DNA of 64,000 nucleotides from Bacillales bacterium UBA6449 (GTDB lineage Bacteria; Bacillota_I; Bacilli_A; RFN20; CAG-288): NCBI GenBank assembly GCA_002437105.1, contig DJOB01000002.1, positions 8,049-72,048 on the forward strand, in the 5' to 3' direction. Below the pieces are notes generated by a model that did not search any database, was not told the origin of the DNA, and was given only the letters and a program-made list of their open reading frames with translations. The position numbers and the translations under genes were made by a program. Numbering within the stretch: position 1 is the first letter of the stretch; every line of letters starts with the position of its first letter. This document shows, piece by piece, positions 61,450 through 64,000 of this stretch.

Positions 61450-63333
61450 ATGGTTTGTAATGGCTTCAGGTTCCATCGATCCGTACCTGAGGGAGGAGGG
61501 CCTTCTATGTTGAGTGGTATCTTGAACCCCGCGAGCCTAGATAAACCATATGTCATTGTTGGAATCTGTCTGGTGGTGTTCTTTTTTATCCTCGGCGCGG
61601 TCCTCTTTCCTATCTATCTATATTTCAGGCGCAGAAAAGCGCGGCACGAGAATCTAAAGACTGAGATCTACTTTTGCTCCTATGAGGGAGGAAACGAGAA
61701 GATCCATGTGATTCCCCGCCACGAGATCACCTCGAAGGACGACGATTTCATCGGTGGGTTCGATGTCTCGCTCGATCAATTTCTGCGGATCTTCTCCATC
61801 GTGGACAGCGATGCTGATATGACGGTCGAGGATTGGCTCAAGGGTCTTCTGAAGCAGAAGAAGCAGCCGCTGGTCGTCTCAGCTCATGTGGCTCTGGATG
61901 AGTTCGGATCCGTTTTCCCTCCCAGCCTTCAGAGCTACGCTAGCCGAGCCATCCTCTACGGGGGAGAGGATGATGTGGATCCCATGGATGCTACGGCCGG
62001 TTTCCTTATCAGTATGCAGCCTTCTATCTCTAGAGCGGTAGCGCACAAGCGATCGAGATTCTTGTCCTATCGGCAGTATCTGCGGACTTTCAGGTATCTC
62101 ATGAAGCGCGGAAGGCGAGCTCAGTTCATCTATGTATCTCTGAGTCCCGACGCTAAGGCGAAGAAGTTCCTGTCCGGCACTGAGGAGCAGGAGTACCAGA
62201 CGGCGAAGCTGGGTGATTACCTCGCCCGCGGGCTGGTCAAGAACACCTATCTGGTCAAGGTCGATGCGCGATCGCTGATGTTGATAGATCTGCGTCCTCA
62301 GCCGGATCCCAAGTATGATGCGCGCGTCAATAGAGTCATCGAGGATGTCGAGTTCTTCCTCAAGGTCAATTCGGTCGAGGATCGCTACACTCCGACGATC
62401 GGTCAGACCATCTACGCCCCCGGCAAGAGCATCGAGTCTCTCGATATCGCCCCGTTGGCTTACTACGTCAGTGAGGCGCGGAAGGATGCCGAGGACAATC
62501 TGGCGAATACGATTTTCTTGAAACCCGACTCCAACACCAGCACCACGAGCGGTCGGGAGGTGCGTCAGAGTTTTATTAGAGCGATCGACGACGGCACCTA
62601 CCGGCTATACTTCAATCCCTATTTCACTCTTAATAGCGGTGATCCCTACATGTATGTGCTCTCTATCGCTCCGTTCTTCTCTTACGATGCAGGGTATCTG
62701 AACATCGATGGGGAGGCCTTCCTGGAGGAGGCGAAGAGGCTGAATAGGCTGTCTTCGCTTCTCGATAGCCTTGCTGTTCGGATTGCGCAGCGGAATGTCA
62801 GCGGTGGTCGGCTGCGTCTCGTCGTCCCCTGGAAGCTCGGTTTGATCGACGATATGCTCGATTCCGACTTCGTGCAGAAGATCGGGAATTTCGATCTGTA
62901 TCTATCCTTCTCTCAAGCTGAGATCGAGCGCTATGGGGGCCGGAGGCTCGAGGATCAGATATCCCGGGTCAATTCCGAGGGGATCAAGACCATTCTGTCC
63001 CTCAACAATCGACCTCCGGCGGTCGACGATTCGACGATGAAGCTGTTCTCGATGTTCGAGGTAAGGTATCGCTACAGCGACTCACCGGTCTCGGATATGC
63101 GCGGACGCGCCAATACCCTCTCGGCACTCAGCTTTCTCAAGCCTTACAATAAACCGGTCGCGCTGGGCGGGTTGACCCGGGGAGACGAGACCTACTTCGC
63201 TCTCATCCACGGTATCTGCTGCGTATCCTCGAATGCGCTCTGCCCTCCATCCAGCATCTTCGAGACGCTGAACTCGGAGGGACGGGACATCATCAGCAGG
63301 ATAAATTCAGCCAGGTCGATACGTAAGCAGTAG
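61450..63333 (+). CDS. Membrane-anchored protein with degenerate GGDEF-like and EAL-like domains
   Basis: One TM (YVIVGICLVVFFFILGAVLFPIYLYF). GGDEF-like layout with LVKVDARSLMLIDL in place of vaRlGGDEFavll. EAL-like layout with YRLYFNPYF...VLSIAPFF, DLYLSFSQAEI, IKTILSLNNRPP and PVALGGLTRGDETYFALIHGICCVSSNALCPP. An alternative start at ATG 61507 has GGAGGAGGG 6 nt upstream. Confidence 0.45.
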   Translation: MVCNGFRFHRSVPEGGGPSMLSGILNPASLDKPYVIVGICLVVFFFILGAVLFPIYLYFRRRKARHENLKTEIYFCSYEGGNEKIHVIPRHEITSKDDDFIGGFDVSLDQFLRIFSIVDSDADMTVEDWLKGLLKQKKQPLVVSAHVALDEFGSVFPPSLQSYASRAILYGGEDDVDPMDATAGFLISMQPSISRAVAHKRSRFLSYRQYLRTFRYLMKRGRRAQFIYVSLSPDAKAKKFLSGTEEQEYQTAKLGDYLARGLVKNTYLVKVDARSLMLIDLRPQPDPKYDARVNRVIEDVEFFLKVNSVEDRYTPTIGQTIYAPGKSIESLDIAPLAYYVSEARKDAEDNLANTIFLKPDSNTSTTSGREVRQSFIRAIDDGTYRLYFNPYFTLNSGDPYMYVLSIAPFFSYDAGYLNIDGEAFLEEAKRLNRLSSLLDSLAVRIAQRNVSGGRLRLVVPWKLGLIDDMLDSDFVQKIGNFDLYLSFSQAEIERYGGRRLEDQISRVNSEGIKTILSLNNRPPAVDDSTMKLFSMFEVRYRYSDSPVSDMRGRANTLSALSFLKPYNKPVALGGLTRGDETYFALIHGICCVSSNALCPPSSIFETLNSEGRDIISRINSARSIRKQ

Positions 63334-63359
63334 GCTAGATAGGAAGGAAAAGCAAACAT

Positions 63360-64000
63360 ATGGAAAACAACAGGAAGAATGACAGTATTACGAGGCAGGA
63401 AGACAATTTTGCGCAGTGGTATACCGATATCTGTCTCAAGGCTGAGCTGATGTCCTATGCTCGCACCAAAGGCTTCATCGTCTATCGCCCCTACGGTTAC
63501 GCCATGTGGGAGATGATCCAGGACTGGTTCAACCGGGAGATCAAGAAGACGGGGCACAGCAACGTGTATCTGCCCTGCCTCATCCCCGAGTCGCTTCTGA
63601 ACATGGAGAAGGAGCACGTCGAGGGGTTCGCTCCCGAGTGTGCCATCGTCACCATCGGAGGAAATAAGCCTCTGACGGAGCGGCTCTATGTGCGTCCCAC
63701 CTCGGAGACTCTGTTCTGCGACTACTTCAAGGATATCGTCCACTCCTTCCGCGATCTGCCGGTCAAGTGCAATCAGTGGTGCTCGGTCGTCAGGTGGGAG
63801 AAGACTACCCGTCCCTTCCTGAGAGGCGCGGAGTTCCTCTGGCAGGAGGGACACACCCTGCACGCCACCAAGGAGGAGGCCGAGGCAGAGACCCTGGGAC
63901 AGCTGCACCTCTACGAGAGGTTGGGTAAGGAGCTGCTCGCCATCCCCTTCACCTCGGGTCGGAAGACCGAGTCGGAGAAGTTCGCTGGCGCGATTGCCAC
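63360..64000 (+). CDS. proS: Prolyl-tRNA synthetase, archaeal/eukaryote-like type, N-terminal 213 codons; runs off the right edge
   Basis: Not in the track because it is open at the edge. My translation gives MENNRKNDSITRQEDNFAQWYTDICLKAELMSYARTKGFIVYRPYGYAMWEMIQDWFN...VRPTSETLFCDYF...RWEKTTRPFLRGAEFLWQEGHTLH. Confidence 0.9.
   Translation, partial: MENNRKNDSITRQEDNFAQWYTDICLKAELMSYARTKGFIVYRPYGYAMWEMIQDWFNREIKKTGHSNVYLPCLIPESLLNMEKEHVEGFAPECAIVTIGGNKPLTERLYVRPTSETLFCDYFKDIVHSFRDLPVKCNQWCSVVRWEKTTRPFLRGAEFLWQEGHTLHATKEEAEAETLGQLHLYERLGKELLAIPFTSGRKTESEKFAGAIA

Overview
A chromosomal segment from a PolC-type (Bacillota-derived) bacterium that uses the standard genetic code; long genes such as polC read through and end on TGA/TAA/TAG. 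Positions 1-51.4 kb are GC-rich housekeeping DNA. They carry nrdD (partial), pyrH-frr-cdsA, rseP, polC, class I aldolase, deoD, copA/copZ, pgsA, spx, a CYTH protein, nadK, crcB, RNase J, def, rsmD-coaD, a heterodimeric ABC exporter, pdxK and a two-component system. Six lipoprotein genes share one architecture (lipobox Cys, then a long Ser/Thr/Pro stalk, then a globular domain). Four of them form a tandem array at 32.8-40.0 kb. The conserved Bacillota cluster pyrH-frr-uppS-cdsA-dxr-rseP-proS-polC is remodelled. uppS is absent, proS (archaeal-type, partial) sits at the far right edge, and the dxr slot holds a catalytically degenerate Dxr-like ORF fused to a basic tandem-repeat tail. I rate that ORF as the most interesting object in the window. 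Several other domains also look catalytically dead: a GGDEF-EAL protein, an EIIB-like domain without its Cys, and a NERD-like domain without ExK. Together with the lipoprotein load and the missing uppS, this suggests a wall-less Mollicutes/Acholeplasma/RF39-like lifestyle, but that is inference only. Positions ~51.5-61.1 kb are visibly AT-rich and abut tRNA-Glu/tRNA-Asn. This stretch looks like a decayed genomic island: a WYL regulator, a glpQ-MFS-HAD operon, an IS remnant, a YhcG pseudogene, an XRE repressor and an orphan sigma-70 region-4 fragment. I saw no CRISPR array, no rRNA and no intact defence system. Many long antisense ORFs in the track are GC-bias artefacts.
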